Position numbers and translations under genes: made by a program
NCBI RefSeq assembly: GCF_033153115.1
Contig: NW_026889769.1
Coordinates: forward strand, 2,852,001-2,916,000
DNA length: 64,000 bases
Direction of reading: 5' to 3'
Origin: Saccostrea echinata
Taxonomy: Eukaryota
Shown: positions 11,704 through 24,500 of the stretch, one piece after another
Position numbering within the stretch: the stretch's first letter is position 1
Layout of the letters: every line of letters begins with the position of its first letter
Notes under the pieces: generated by a model
Databases searched by the model: none
Told to the model about the DNA's origin: nothing
What the model saw: the letters and a program-made list of their open reading frames with translations, nothing else

Positions 11704-14700
11704 ATGGTGCGAGCGTGGTATATGGACGATGTGGAAGATGACCAGAGGAAGCCCCACATGACAGAACCCCCACAGTTTGTCACGATGGACCAGTTGAAGG
11801 ATTTGGGGGTCTTGTACTTTGAGGTAAAAAAAAAAAAGAAACCTGTCAGTAATCATAATTTAATACATTAATCAATTACGCCACATTTTACCAATTACTG
11901 GTTATAAGATAATTAACTCCTTCGTTAATTTAGTTATTCATCAAGGATTATTAACAAAGAAAGTTTTACAGTACATATTTCCCATTTATCACTGGTGATT
12001 GTATTGAATATTTTTATCTGATAATAATGTACATTAAAATACGTATAATACGTTATAATTAATAAGTGTAGCTAAATTAAGCTATTTTGAATAGTTAAAT
12101 AAAGCTATATAGCTAAATCAAGCTATATAACTAAATAAAGAGATTGTGACGGACCTGTTTATAGCTCTTCCTTCGCTATCAAAACCAGAATTTAGCGAAG
12201 TCATGGTTTCTATTCAAACATCCTGGTCACAGCACCAAATGTAACATGAGAGAAGAAAAAATGCGACGGACCAGACTGGATTCGAATTCTGGTCTGGTCC
12301 ATCACACTTTTCTTCTCTCCTGTTACTGTTACATTTGGTGCCGTGCCCTGGAAGTGACAGGTTAAAGACCCTGCCAGGGAAGAGCCTGGGTTGGTGTGTT
12401 TAGGGGTGAAGACCTTTAAGGAATGAGGAGTGTGGCGGTCAGACAGGTTCAGTTGCTGTGGCCAGATACCTCAGTTGGTAGAGCACTTGACTGGAGGTTC
12501 AGGGGGCCCGAGTTCGAATCCTGGTCTGGTCCATTGCATTTTTTTTTCTCTCATGTTACATAAGCAATAAACATGTACATGTATATTATAATTTTATTGA
12601 CCAACTCTCTGGGATTGATGAACTATAGGTGGAGTAAAATGCTATTAGTACTGTAGTTGGAATAATCCGGGAGGGGGTCACTGTGCTGTAAACCCAAATG
12701 TACATGCACTGGTGATGGTAACAGTGCCATTGATTTGCTGAATATAAGATTTAGAAACTGCAATAATCTCAGCATGTAAAGGAAATGTGGCGATCAGGCT
12801 GATTTGATCGCCAGAAACCATGCAGTTAGGTTAGTTGGTAGAGCACCTGTCTAGTGATTCAGGGGGCCTGATGGGTTTGAATCTTGGTCTGGTCTGTTGC
12901 ATTTTTCTCTTTCGCCAGTTATACATTTGGTGCCATGACCATGCCCTGGAAGTGACAAGTAAAAGACCTGTCAGTTAAGAGCCTAGGTTGGTGCATTCGA
13001 GGAGATTAAGGAATGTGGCAGTCAGACAGGTTTGATCAACGGTAGCCAGATCACTCTGTCACTCAGTTACTAGTATTTGGTAGAGCACCTGACTATTGAT
13101 TCAGGGGACCCAGGTTCAAATCCTGGTCTTGTGTGTCAAATTATTCTCCTTTTCTGTCACATTTGATGCTGTGCCATGCCCTGGAATAGTCTGGGTTGAT
13201 GTCTTCAGGGAGTGCAGACATCAAAGGAGGGATCAAGGAATGTGGCAGTCAGAAAGGTTTGATAGCTGGTGGTTAGGTAGGAGAGTAATTGGTAGTAGAG
13301 CACCTGATTTGTGATTTAGTGGGCCCGGGTTTGAATCCAGGTCTGGTCCATAGCATGTTTTTCTCTCCCGATTACACACAATCATAATTATATATCAATA
13401 TATAGGGTGTCATACTGTGCATTTAAGGTCAGTCTGCACAGTGACCACACTTGGGCAAACATGTAAAATGTATATTGATTACTGAAAGTTGTTTTCACAT
13501 GTTATAATTTGAGCAGTTAGCATTGTACTGAAATAGTAAAATGCATGTTCCTTTGATCCACCATTCAGATCCCAGGGTAAGTGGGGTGAATTTGGTCCTA
13601 TGTGAATTTTGAAACTTGGGCTGTCAGAAGGGGAGGTAAATTGGGTGTGATCACTTCCCCCTTTGGAAAAAAATTTTAAAAATCAAATTTTTTAAACAGA
13701 AGGAATTCCTTATTCATCTAGATTTTGTTTAAAAAAATTTAAAAGATGACTTCCAGAGTGCATCATAACCATAAAATGGTTTAAATGAGAGATTCCACTC
13801 TCAGACCTTTCTCTCACCTACCTTTCCAGAAACCTGGTGACAACCCTGTGCAAAATTCCATTTTCTCTCAAAACCTTATTTAATCCAGGACATATAGCAG
13901 ACAAACTGTATGCATGACAAGGAACTATATGCTTTTATAAACTAAAATTGAATACCTAATCTTTGGTCAAAGGTCCTGGCCCCTAGGTGGGGGTTCATAG
14001 AGTTAAATCTTGTTATTTTAAACTCAATAAGACCGATTCAAAACTTAAAGATATTCAAGGAACTGACATATCAAGGTTAAAGTACAGTATAGAAAAAGTG
14101 GTTGGGACTTTCAAGTTCCAACTTACTTCGAAATATCGATGGTATTTCAGATATAGGTGTTTGAGATACCAAAGATTAATTGTATTTTGAAAATATTTGA
14201 TATACTGTATTTGAAATCTTATTTACTCCTGACCTTGTAGCAGACAAAATTTATACATTAATGATAAGAAACTAGGTTATTAAAAAAAAAAAAAAGAGAT
14301 ACAATTTATTTCTCATTTACTTCAAGAGTTTTAGTCCCAGGTGGAGGTAAGTTGGTTATGTATTGTGATACTCATGATTTTCATAAGCATTCACTGGGGT
14401 TAAGAAATTTGCAAATAATCAAACTCTATATCGTCCCACACAATAAATTTTGCCTAATGGTGCACTGGCTTCTAAAGTTTGATGCTTCTTTATGTGTGTA
14501 TGCCAAGAATATTTTCTTCCAAACCAAATTCCCTTCCTATAAGATTTATAAAATTCATCAAATCTATGCTCACAAGGGGTCAAACATGTCATTATATGAA
14601 AGGCATAGAAAAAGGCACAAGAAATCTTTTCCAAAAAAATCATGACCATATCTTTTCTTTATCAGATAAGTTCAGATCCTGCCAAAGCTGAGAAGGAAGT

Positions 14701-16712
14701 GAACAAGCTCCGAGGTGACCGTGGCTACACTTACAAAGACATGATTACATGCAGCAAGGAAAAACTCCCAAACTATGAGGAAAAGGTGAGATAACTGATA
14801 TGCATGTATTCAAGTGTGGTGTACTTAGAGCCACTCTCTGTCTCACTCCTCTCCCTCCGGGCCATCAGGGTAAGAGAGTAAGGGAGACATGAGCAACTGA
14901 GGCTGACTATGGTGGGGTGCTAGAATATGAGGGTAAGAAGGCAAAGATAAGGGGACTAAAACACTAGGGTGATATTAATCTTTCTCTCTGTACGTGGAAA
15001 CTTTTCTCTTTCATGCTCTTTGTTGCATTTTCATTTTTTTTTTCATTGTTCCCCTACATTTGTTGCCACCTCCCTCCCTCAAGGAGAAATTGTGAGGGAG
15101 CAAATACACAAGTGAATCACCATGGCTTTTTGCTTAGCATCTTAATGATTCTGTGAATGATGCACTTTGGAACATCTTATTCATTTACCGGTAATTGCTT
15201 TAGTTTTGGACACTGAAAGACACATGTTTGATTTTTAGCTGAAGATATTTTTTGAGGAGCACCTTCACACAGATGAAGAGATACGCTACATTACAGAAGG
15301 AAGTGGATATTTTGACGTTAGAGACAAGAATAACAAGTGGATCAGAATTGAAGTTGTCCCAAACGATCTGATCATTCTCCCAGCAGGCATCTACCACAGG
15401 TTTACACTGGATGAAGGGGTAAGATAGTAGATGTTTTGGTTTTGGTAAAAAAAACAAACAAACACACACACACTCAAACACACAACAGTAAGAACAGTAC
15501 ATGTATTTATTGCATTGTTTCCATCTCAATAAACATAACAAATCTTGCTCATGCTGGGATGAAATTGAGATTCAACTTCATTTTGTACATTGCTGACAAT
15601 TAAGTTGTATGCATTTTGTACATTGCTGATCAAGTTACATGTATATGCATTTTGTGCATTCATAGCATTATGTTATAGCAAATGACTCCTTAGAGAGGTT
15701 AAATATATGTATTCATCTAGGGCCTAGATAGATAAATTGTGTGTTTCCGGTTCCCCGACTGACCCTAAAATATATGAGCCGACCCTGAAAAATTTATGTG
15801 CCGATATCTTTCCGGAAGTAAACAATTCCATTTTAACTATTAGAAATCCTAATCTTGATCTTTTCCACGTTTTAGAAAATGCATATCCTATACACATTAA
15901 ATAGAAATGCCATTAGTAAGCCGCCCTTTGGGAAAAAAGAAATGAACTCTTTGTTTTTCTCACTTTGTTTATTGTCAAAGTTGAATTTTAACTAATAAAA
16001 TGTTAAATAAAATAAAATGTTTTCCTTACCTACCTACCCTATATTTTCTTGGGTTGGAATAGGAAACACAATATTTATTTTTCTTGGCCTAATGAAGATG
16101 ATCTCAAGGTTAAAATCAGTTACATACTTAAGATTAAATGTACTCGAGCATTCTTTCATGTAATACAATATGCAGTATTCTACAGTTTATGTGTGTGTTA
16201 TTTTAAGTGCCGTCACATTTACACCAATAGGAGAAGTACAGTAATTTCTTACTGTCCAATATTAAAAGGCATGTTTTTACCAAGTATGAATTAGCACATC
16301 TGAAACATATTGTGTACCGGAGTATAAAATACAATACAAATCAGTTTGATAGGAATTGTCTTTATAAATTTATATTGAATATACATACTATATGTGTATA
16401 TGGTTTCTCAAAGAGTCACAAATTTGTTTACATCATTTTGTGTGAATCATGCTGTAAATATTTCCATTGTCTGCCTAAAAAAACTTTTATTTTTATATTG
16501 TAATGTAACACTCAGACTATCAATTAATCAATTGATTATTAGTAGTCCATCTTTTTTTAACCAATACATAATATATAATTTTTAAATTGTAGAACTACAT
16601 ACAGGCTCATCGTTTTTTTGTTGGAGAACCAGTATGGACACCACATAACAGACCTGCTGATGACATGGAGGCTCGTAAATTGTATTTGCAAAAATTCCAA
16701 GTGGCTGCATAA
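11704..16712 (+). CDS. ADI1: Acireductone dioxygenase (methionine salvage cupin), 179 aa; exons 11704-11823, 14666-14785, 15239-15418, 16593-16712
   Basis: Spliced translation [77 protein letters not shown]. Metal ligands HxHxxxE...H are intact; all introns are GT-AG phase 0; AATAAA at 16724-16729. Confidence 0.97.
12225..12560 (+). mobile_element. TRIM (miniature LTR retrotransposon) with tRNA-derived LTR: inverted fragment + partial LTR, PBS, internal segment, PPT, full LTR 12431-12560
   Basis: LTR TGTGGCGG...TGTTACA contains a tRNA-like cloverleaf at 12460-12532 (A box, B box GTTCGAATCC); PBS TGGTGCCGTG 12336-12345; PPT AAGGAATGAGGAG 12418-12430. Confidence 0.8.
12786..13376 (+). mobile_element. 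Tandem TRIM array: three tRNA-containing LTRs (12786-12925, 13014-13161, 13241-13376) separated by PBS-internal-PPT spacers
   Basis: Each LTR begins TGTGGC and ends ACA; the first two are followed by TT plus TGGTGCCATGACC or a degenerate TGATGCTGTGCC; each is preceded by a purine-rich AAGGAA; each carries TAGAGCACCTG and GGTTYRAATC boxes. Confidence 0.8.
15722..16089. mobile_element. MITE with GGCC termini in ADI1 intron 3
   Basis: Left GGCCTAGATAGATAAATTGTGTGTTTCC; right GGAAACACAATATTTATTTTTTCTTGGCC. Possibly related fragments at ~8830-8900 and ~43463-43791. Confidence 0.55.
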
Positions 16713-18562
16713 AAAATCTTATAAATAAAAGTTCAAAGTTATAAAAACCATGCTTTGAAGAATTCATTTGTTTGAACAGAAAGTGTGTTTCTTTGTTTGT
16801 CTAAGTATAGAAACTACCCATACTATGATAGATACTAATAATGTTGATAAACTGGATATACCATACTAACATGGCAAAGATATTATTAGACTAGTGTAGT
16901 ATGATTTGTGCAATCGGGTTAATTGCAAATGTATTCATTAATTAATTGCATGCACATTTTAAACCGTAGATTTCCTTTCCAATTTGCTGATATTAATATC
17001 AAATTTATTTGATTGGTAGAAATGAACTGGATAGGGCAACAGGTTTTGATATTTTATATAAACAGTGCCATTAGACTGTACATGGCATGATTATGACATA
17101 TTTTGACTTGAAAATTTCTTAATATATACATGTATATTGTTTATGAAAGTGCAACCCAAACCTATAGTATTATATTGTATATATCATGTATATGCAGTGC
17201 TGAAATACATTACATATAAGTATGTAATTGTCAGTCCAGGTCCATAGTCTTACTTGGAGAAATATTTGGTATATGTAATGAATAAAACTATTACAATAAT
17301 TTTTTGATTTCCCAATTTATACCGTAATTTCTACAAAAAAAAAAAAAATATACAAAATTTTTACATGGATATCAGTGATTTGAATATATTAATTGCCTCA
17401 GTTTTAACATTGTAACTGAATGAAAATACATGTACAATAAAATTGGAGAAAATCATCTATTATATCTGAGTTTTCCATTCATGAACTTTGAGCACCAATA
17501 TTATGTTATGTAGAGATGGCAGTTTAAAGCTATATATGGTGTATCTGAGCTTGAAAATAATACGAGATTGAGTGCAAATATACATGATATATGTTATTTA
17601 TGTTCAAATTAAACTTTTTTACCAATTTTGAGCTTGAATAACCTCATGTTTCTATAGTTAAATTGACTTTAAATTTGTCTGTTATTTAAATGTGGAGTCA
17701 ACTTGGTAAGTAAATTGGTTATTGTTTTAGATTTTTGATATCTTTGAAACGCAATTGATTTAAATTGTGTAATTTACAGGAAAGTCCTAGTATCTATATA
17801 TATATACCCGATAGTAATAAAACAAATAAAAAGATCTTTTTAATTTTGGTTACCTGAACTTATCAAAAAAATATGCCATATATGACTTTAAATTCTAGTT
17901 AGTAACAGTCATTCAATTTGTCAGCAGGGAAGGTGATTTCATCATCTCAAAAGAAAAGGAAAAATGCATATTGTAAACTTAATAAGATACCCTGAGTAAT
18001 GGGGGGGGGGGGTCACAATGAATTCTAAGGGCAGAGTAATTATCTTTTTCTGCATCATTATTGAAAAAAAATGTTACAAGAATATATGTGAATAAAATTT
18101 TGGGGAATATTATTTCCTTTATATGGATGGCATTGTTATACTGCACATGTAATAACATAATTTTGTTAGATAAACTTGGGCGAAAATATAAGGGGATATA
18201 AGTATGATTTCAGGTAACAGATTACAAATGTATTTATATGCATATTTACCAATAAAACTATCACTAAAAAAGATAAAATTTAACCCCCTCTCCCAAAAAA
18301 CACCACCATATGGTATCTGGAAAGCATAGGTAAGGATCATAAATTGAAACGAAAAGTCGTGGACTGAAATAAAATGGAAGCGTATTCCAAGAAACCGGAA
18401 GGCCGCTTAAGGTCTTAACAAAAATAAAAAAAGTTGAGAATAATATAATGACACCTCATCTGAGTTTTTCATTTATTGTAGTTAATGCATAACTTTTCTA
18501 GTTCACATATTATTTATGATTATTATCTTCTTTTTATGAATTTATTGATATAAGCAATCAAG

Positions 18563-21500
18563 ATGGCCGACGGAGAAGAAGGAGGTTGTTACTGACTCTT
18601 TTTTTCTAACTTTTTGGACGCCTGATGCCAAACTGATGTTTATTTTTTAATTTTATTATGCAGTTATTACCTATTAATTTTAAATACCAACGCTTCTTCA
18701 ATAATATATTACGCCAAAGAAATATTTCCCCCCTGTAATAACGACATGAACAGATGAACACGTCATTCATAACGGGGTGGGCATAATCATATGCTAGTCG
18801 ATTATCACTCAGATAATCATTATGATAATGTTATGGCTACAGGCCTGTAGGAAGCAATTTCAGTTTGGGGCACAGCTATACATTTTCAGTTGAGGGAGCA
18901 CTATCAACTACCAAAAATTCCTTGACAAGCAAAAAAAAAAGGTCATCACACGTTTTTTTTGAGGGGGCACAAGCATATAGTAGCAATGTTTTCTAAAGTA
19001 AACTATATATTGGCAAAATTATTGGGGGGGGGGGGCATGCCCCCCCCCCCCCGTTTCCTACGGTCATGGACTAGGTGTTATAGGTCTGGGTAGAAAATGC
19101 ACCTTGAACCAGGGGTTGAAATTTTCCTGGAAATCCCACTAGGGCTATCATTTGGACATGATAAAAAAAAAGAGCCATGAAATGATGGGTAACAGAGTCA
19201 GAAAACATTTTTTTTCAGTTTTGTTATTTATTTACCAATGGACTAGTGAATTAATTTTATGTACTAGTGAAATTCACAAGCTCAATATTTGATCAGTGAA
19301 TTTTTAGAGAAAATTTAAACCCCATCACTATAATATTTAATCAATGCAGCATATTCTATGACCAATAGATTAGGTTTACATCATCTTTTTTTTTTTCCAA
19401 AAAGCCCAACTATCAGTACCTAATATTTGATTCATATATTTTATTCATGAAATTTGGTTTGCTAAGAAATAAAACAAAAATAAATACATGAAAAACAAGC
19501 CATTTTAAACTTTATGTATACATGTCTTATCTTATATTATACCCTTTAGATGTAAATATTGATGAATGCTTTACCTATAATACAGATATGAATAATGATG
19601 GCATCCAAAAAAAGCGGCATGGAATGCTTAAAATGTACTATGGGATGGAGGAAGGAACACCTGGATCCCCCACTATAGATCCCTGTGATATCAATGGAGC
19701 ACATTTCAACCCAGAAATGTATCTCTCCAAGCTAATAAAAGAGAAATCTCTGACAGAATTAATGGATGAAGAGGCAAAGACGGTCACTCAGATCAGAGCT
19801 CTTGACAGTGATATGCAAACTCTGGTATATGAAAACTACAACAAATTCATCAGCGCCACAGACACCATTAGAAAAGTAATTTCTAGTTTAATGCCGGTAT
19901 TCATTGCTGGAATGGTAAAAAATAAAAATGTAATACAGTTAAACTTTGGTTTCCCCAACACTGATACTAGTATCTCAAATACCAAAGATATTTGGTTGTA
20001 TATTCAAAGTCCCAACCACTTTTTAGCTCATATCAATGAAGTTTGGAGAGCTTATGTAATACCCTCGGCGTTAGTGTTGGCATCCCAGGTTAAAGTTTTT
20101 GGAGCAGATTTCTTTTCAAGTACTTCTATGCCCTATATTAATCAGATTGCATGGAGAATGCTTCTAGTTTGATTCATTGTACCAGTCAAGGTTTCAGATG
20201 CTGCAATTTCAGCTGAAAAATGACCAGGTTAAAGTTCTTGGAGCAGGTTAAAGTTTTTGGAGCAGGTCTCATTTCCAAGTAACTATAAGCCCTATATTGA
20301 CCAAACTTGCATGGATGATACATCTAAGGATGCACACTACTGGACTTGTTTCGGATGCTGGATCTGACCTACATTTTATGGATGAGTGGCCAGGTTAAAG
20401 TTTTTGGAGGAGGTCTCATTTCCAAGTAACTATAAGCCTTATATTGACCAAACTTGCAAGAATGATACATCTAAGGATGCACACTACTGGACTTGCTTCA
20501 GATGCTGGATCTGACCTAATTTTCTAGTTGAGTGACCAGGTCAAAGTTTTTGGAGCAGGTCTCATTTCCAAGTAACTTTAAGCCCTATGTTGACCAAACT
20601 TGCATGGATGATACATCTAATGATGCACACTACCAGGCTTGCTTTGGATGCTGGATCTGACCTACTTTTTCCAGATGAGTGATCAGGTTAAAGTGAACTA
20701 TAAGGGCTATCTGAACCAAACTTGCATGGATGATGCATAATGGGATGAACACTCTTAAATTTGCTTCAGATGCTGGATCTGACCTACATTTTCTGGATGA
20801 GTGACTAGTGTAAAGTTTTTAGGTAAGTCCATTCCCAAGTAACTGCAAGCCCTATCGGACCAAAATTGCATAAATGTTACATCTAGGGATGCACACTTAC
20901 TAGATTATTAGTGTGGGACTTTGCCTTACTTTAAGACAACGTTCATTGAGGTGAGCTCTGTAATCTCTGATTACCTATGTTTCTTTCTGTATTTTAATCT
21001 TAAAGTCTCAAAACCTCGGATATCTCGAAGTTTTTTCTTGGTCCCAACAAGTTCAAGACAAAGAGAATTGACAGTATATATTTATCTGATTTCATATCTG
21101 TTGAAAATTTTAAGATGCATTTCTCATTTAAATTTTGACAGATGAAAAATGATTTTAAGAAAATGGAGGATGAAATGGACCATTTGGCAACCAACATGTC
21201 GACGATAACAGAATTCAGTGGCAATATTAGCACCACACTACAGGATAGAAGACAAGAAATTACTAAACTATCAGGAGTTCACTCCCTTCTCAAGAGAGTA
21301 GGTTTTCTGTGTGTTGTCTTATCAAATATGGATATTGATCAAAATTTTGCATATACAGTTGAACTTCGGTATCTTGAACATGGATATCTGGAATACCATA
21401 TGCATGTATATGTTGACGTAATTTTGAAGTCCCAACTGCTTATTCCTTAAGTATTTTACCCTGGTTATCTCAAAGTATTTTCTTGGTTCCTTCGAGTTTG

Positions 21501-24500
21501 AGATACGAGGTTTTACTGTTTACTAATTTTTAGCAGTGTGCAGCATTTCAGTCAGTTTTTTAGCCCAAGAGTAGAAACTTTCTATTTTCAAAATTGTAGG
21601 GATAATTTGTACTTACTGTGTAAACATTGATAATTGAACTTGTATGGTTAGAACAATTTATTTCACCATTTCTGCACACAGGTTTTTGACATATATCATG
21701 ATATCATATAAAAAGTACAAGAATGTATTTTGATTGATTCTGCAATTTAATCTGGTAAAAAAAATACATTGTTTAAGCTATGTTCAATGATTATGCAATA
21801 TATTAATATTAAAAGTCTATATTTGTATTTTAGCTTCAATTTCTGTTTGAGCTTCCTAAGAGATTGAACAAGTGCATTGAAATGAATGCATACAGTCAAG
21901 CTGTCAGGTACATCAACACAGTCTTTTAAAGCTTAACATCAACATCATAGTGTATGGTACATGTAAATGAACATGAAAACAATAGTAATTGCATTTGCTC
22001 AATGGTATAAACAGAATATGTATTCTTTTTGTAGGTAATGCTATGTGTATGCTATTCATACTCTCAATAACAATTAATTACAAGGGCTAAAAAAAAAAAA
22101 ACAAATTCCCACACATTGATCTATTTACAACCCATTAGATCTAAATTATTCTCACAAGAATTTGTTATAGAAAATTATGTATATCATGTCTGTAAATTGA
22201 CAATGTTCTGAATATAATTTCTGTGAATTAACAAGCTCTGTATATATTTATTGTCAGATACTACAGTAAAGCCAAAAGAATCCTACAGCGATACCAGCAC
22301 ATTACCAGTTTCCAGGGAATTAACCAGGATTGTCATCAGATCATCCAACACCTCTGTCAGATTCTCAGACAGCAGTTCAAGGATAAAGAGGTTTTTGTTT
22401 TGTTTTAGTCAAAGTTCTAAGAAACGTGTTTTGATTATTGTTAAAAGTCAACTTTGACTCATTGAAATACATGTAATATTAGAAAGTTGAATGATTTGTT
22501 TACATGTATAGTCAACACCCAAACAGCTGGCAGAGTGTGTGGATCTCTTACTACAATTAAATGAACCTGCTGAAGAGTTATGTGAAGAATTTCTCTCACA
22601 GTAAGTACATATAATATTTTTGAACCTGTCTCTTTGATAGAATAAAAAGAAAACCATTAATTCTTTACAACTTCTTCAAAAGTTGGGTCTTGAATACTTT
22701 TGACAGTGCTCGACAGAAGATAGAAGTCGATTTGTCACTGCTGGACCGACAGATTCGGCTACAGATGGGGGAAGACATGAAGGAGGAGATGGAATCCCCA
22801 GCAGAGGCCTACCTAGCCACCCCCATGGTATGTCTAGATCTTTTCTTGACCAACTTGTTCCTAAAAGATTTGTCTGATTAAAGATTTTGATTGGGTTAAC
22901 TACATGTAGTGAAGGATAGAGGTATATTTTCCCTAAATACTTAGATAGGGTATAAACATATATATGAAGTATTCTGATGAGATACATGCAGTACATATAT
23001 TTTGATATCAAATGGGAATAAGCAAGATCTACGTATATTTGATAAAAATTCAAGACAGACACTGGTATTTTGAAAGCAAATTCAACTTCAGCTGAAATCA
23101 TGAGTGAAACTCATTGTCAAATCTTCCAAATTAAGACAAATTCAGAAAAAAATACATTGAAGAAGTGAACTATATTCTGTATATATATAAAATACATGGT
23201 TACTGTCTTGAAATATAAGCGATATTTGGGCAAGGGTAAGAAAACGTGATAGAGGGCGAGGCTTGCCGAGCCCCTATCACGTTTTCGACCCGAGCCCAAA
23301 TATCGCTTATATTTCAAGACAGTCTCCGTGTATTTTGTTTATCCTGCAACACATTTTTACAGGACCTCCAAAATGAGCTGTTTTCAACCGATTTAGGTAC
23401 ATCTCTGCAGTTAAAACTAAGACGCCATGGCGTAAACATTGCAATATTCATGACGTCACAATGCTTTTAGAAAGTTGGAATACGTGCACGAGGCTTTATT
23501 AGGGCATTGACCGAATAAAGCTTTGGTTTATTAGGTTACCTTTATTAGGTCAATACAAGGGGTAGTTGCAGGATAAAGTATCCTTATATCTTTCACATGA
23601 CATTTTTCAGGATGTTTTGGAATTTGTGGACAATGGATGTAATGGCTTTCTGAGTAACATCTGCCTTGTAATTGCCTCATATAATGACATGTTTCTAAAC
23701 AGGCTGCAGGAAGAGTAAGCTGCATTAGTTATTTTCAAATTATCCCTTAGAAAAAAAAATGTAGTTCATTATAAATACATGTATATTGAAGTTTTACAAG
23801 AAAACATTAATTTTTCTTTGTATATGGAAATACATTTAAAATATTTGGATGAAATGTCTGAAAATTTGTTTTACAGTGAAAATTTAGATGCCATAGCACT
23901 GAAGAAGTTGGTGAATTTTGTCAATGATTTAATGGAGAGATATTTTTCATATGTTCAAAGACGTATCCAACTTGAGGTACTTTCTTCTTCATATGAAATA
24001 CTGATTCACAGAAAATGTAAAAAATTTGTTGTTTTATATTTGAAATTGTTGTTTGTTGATTATTTTAAGACATATTGCATTTTATTAATTTATAGAGGGA
24101 GACAGGGGACAACACAATTCTTGTTAGATCACTGGACAGATTCCATCGTCGGTTACAAGCCATGAACAAGCTTCTACCTGACACTGATTTCTCCAGGTAT
24201 AAAAACATTTACTTGAAGCAAACTTTTCAAAAGATCTGATTTGCATTTAAAAACTTTAAGTTATACATAAAAAATATTATATACACATATGTGTAACCCC
24301 ACCCCCCCTTTTATATAAAATATCCAAAAATGACTCGCAAATGAACTTTAAATGTGCAAGTGTAATTTAGAGGGTATCTAAGATAAATAACTTTTCAGTA
24401 GGGCAGACATATGTTGAATGAATTTTTAATCATAATAATGGTCATTTTAAATAATTGGACAAGTCTTTCTACAGGTTTATACACTGGTTATGTATTATAT

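Noticed and set aside
12460-13350. Cluster of four tRNA genes
   Set aside because: Anticodon arms are irregular (8-nt loop, differing between copies), stems are mismatched, and each copy sits inside an LTR with PBS/PPT; they are tRNA-derived repeats.
19522-20172. 216-aa ORF as a stand-alone protein
   Set aside because: Only 19586-19875 is VPS51 exon 2; the rest is intron and repeat read-through.
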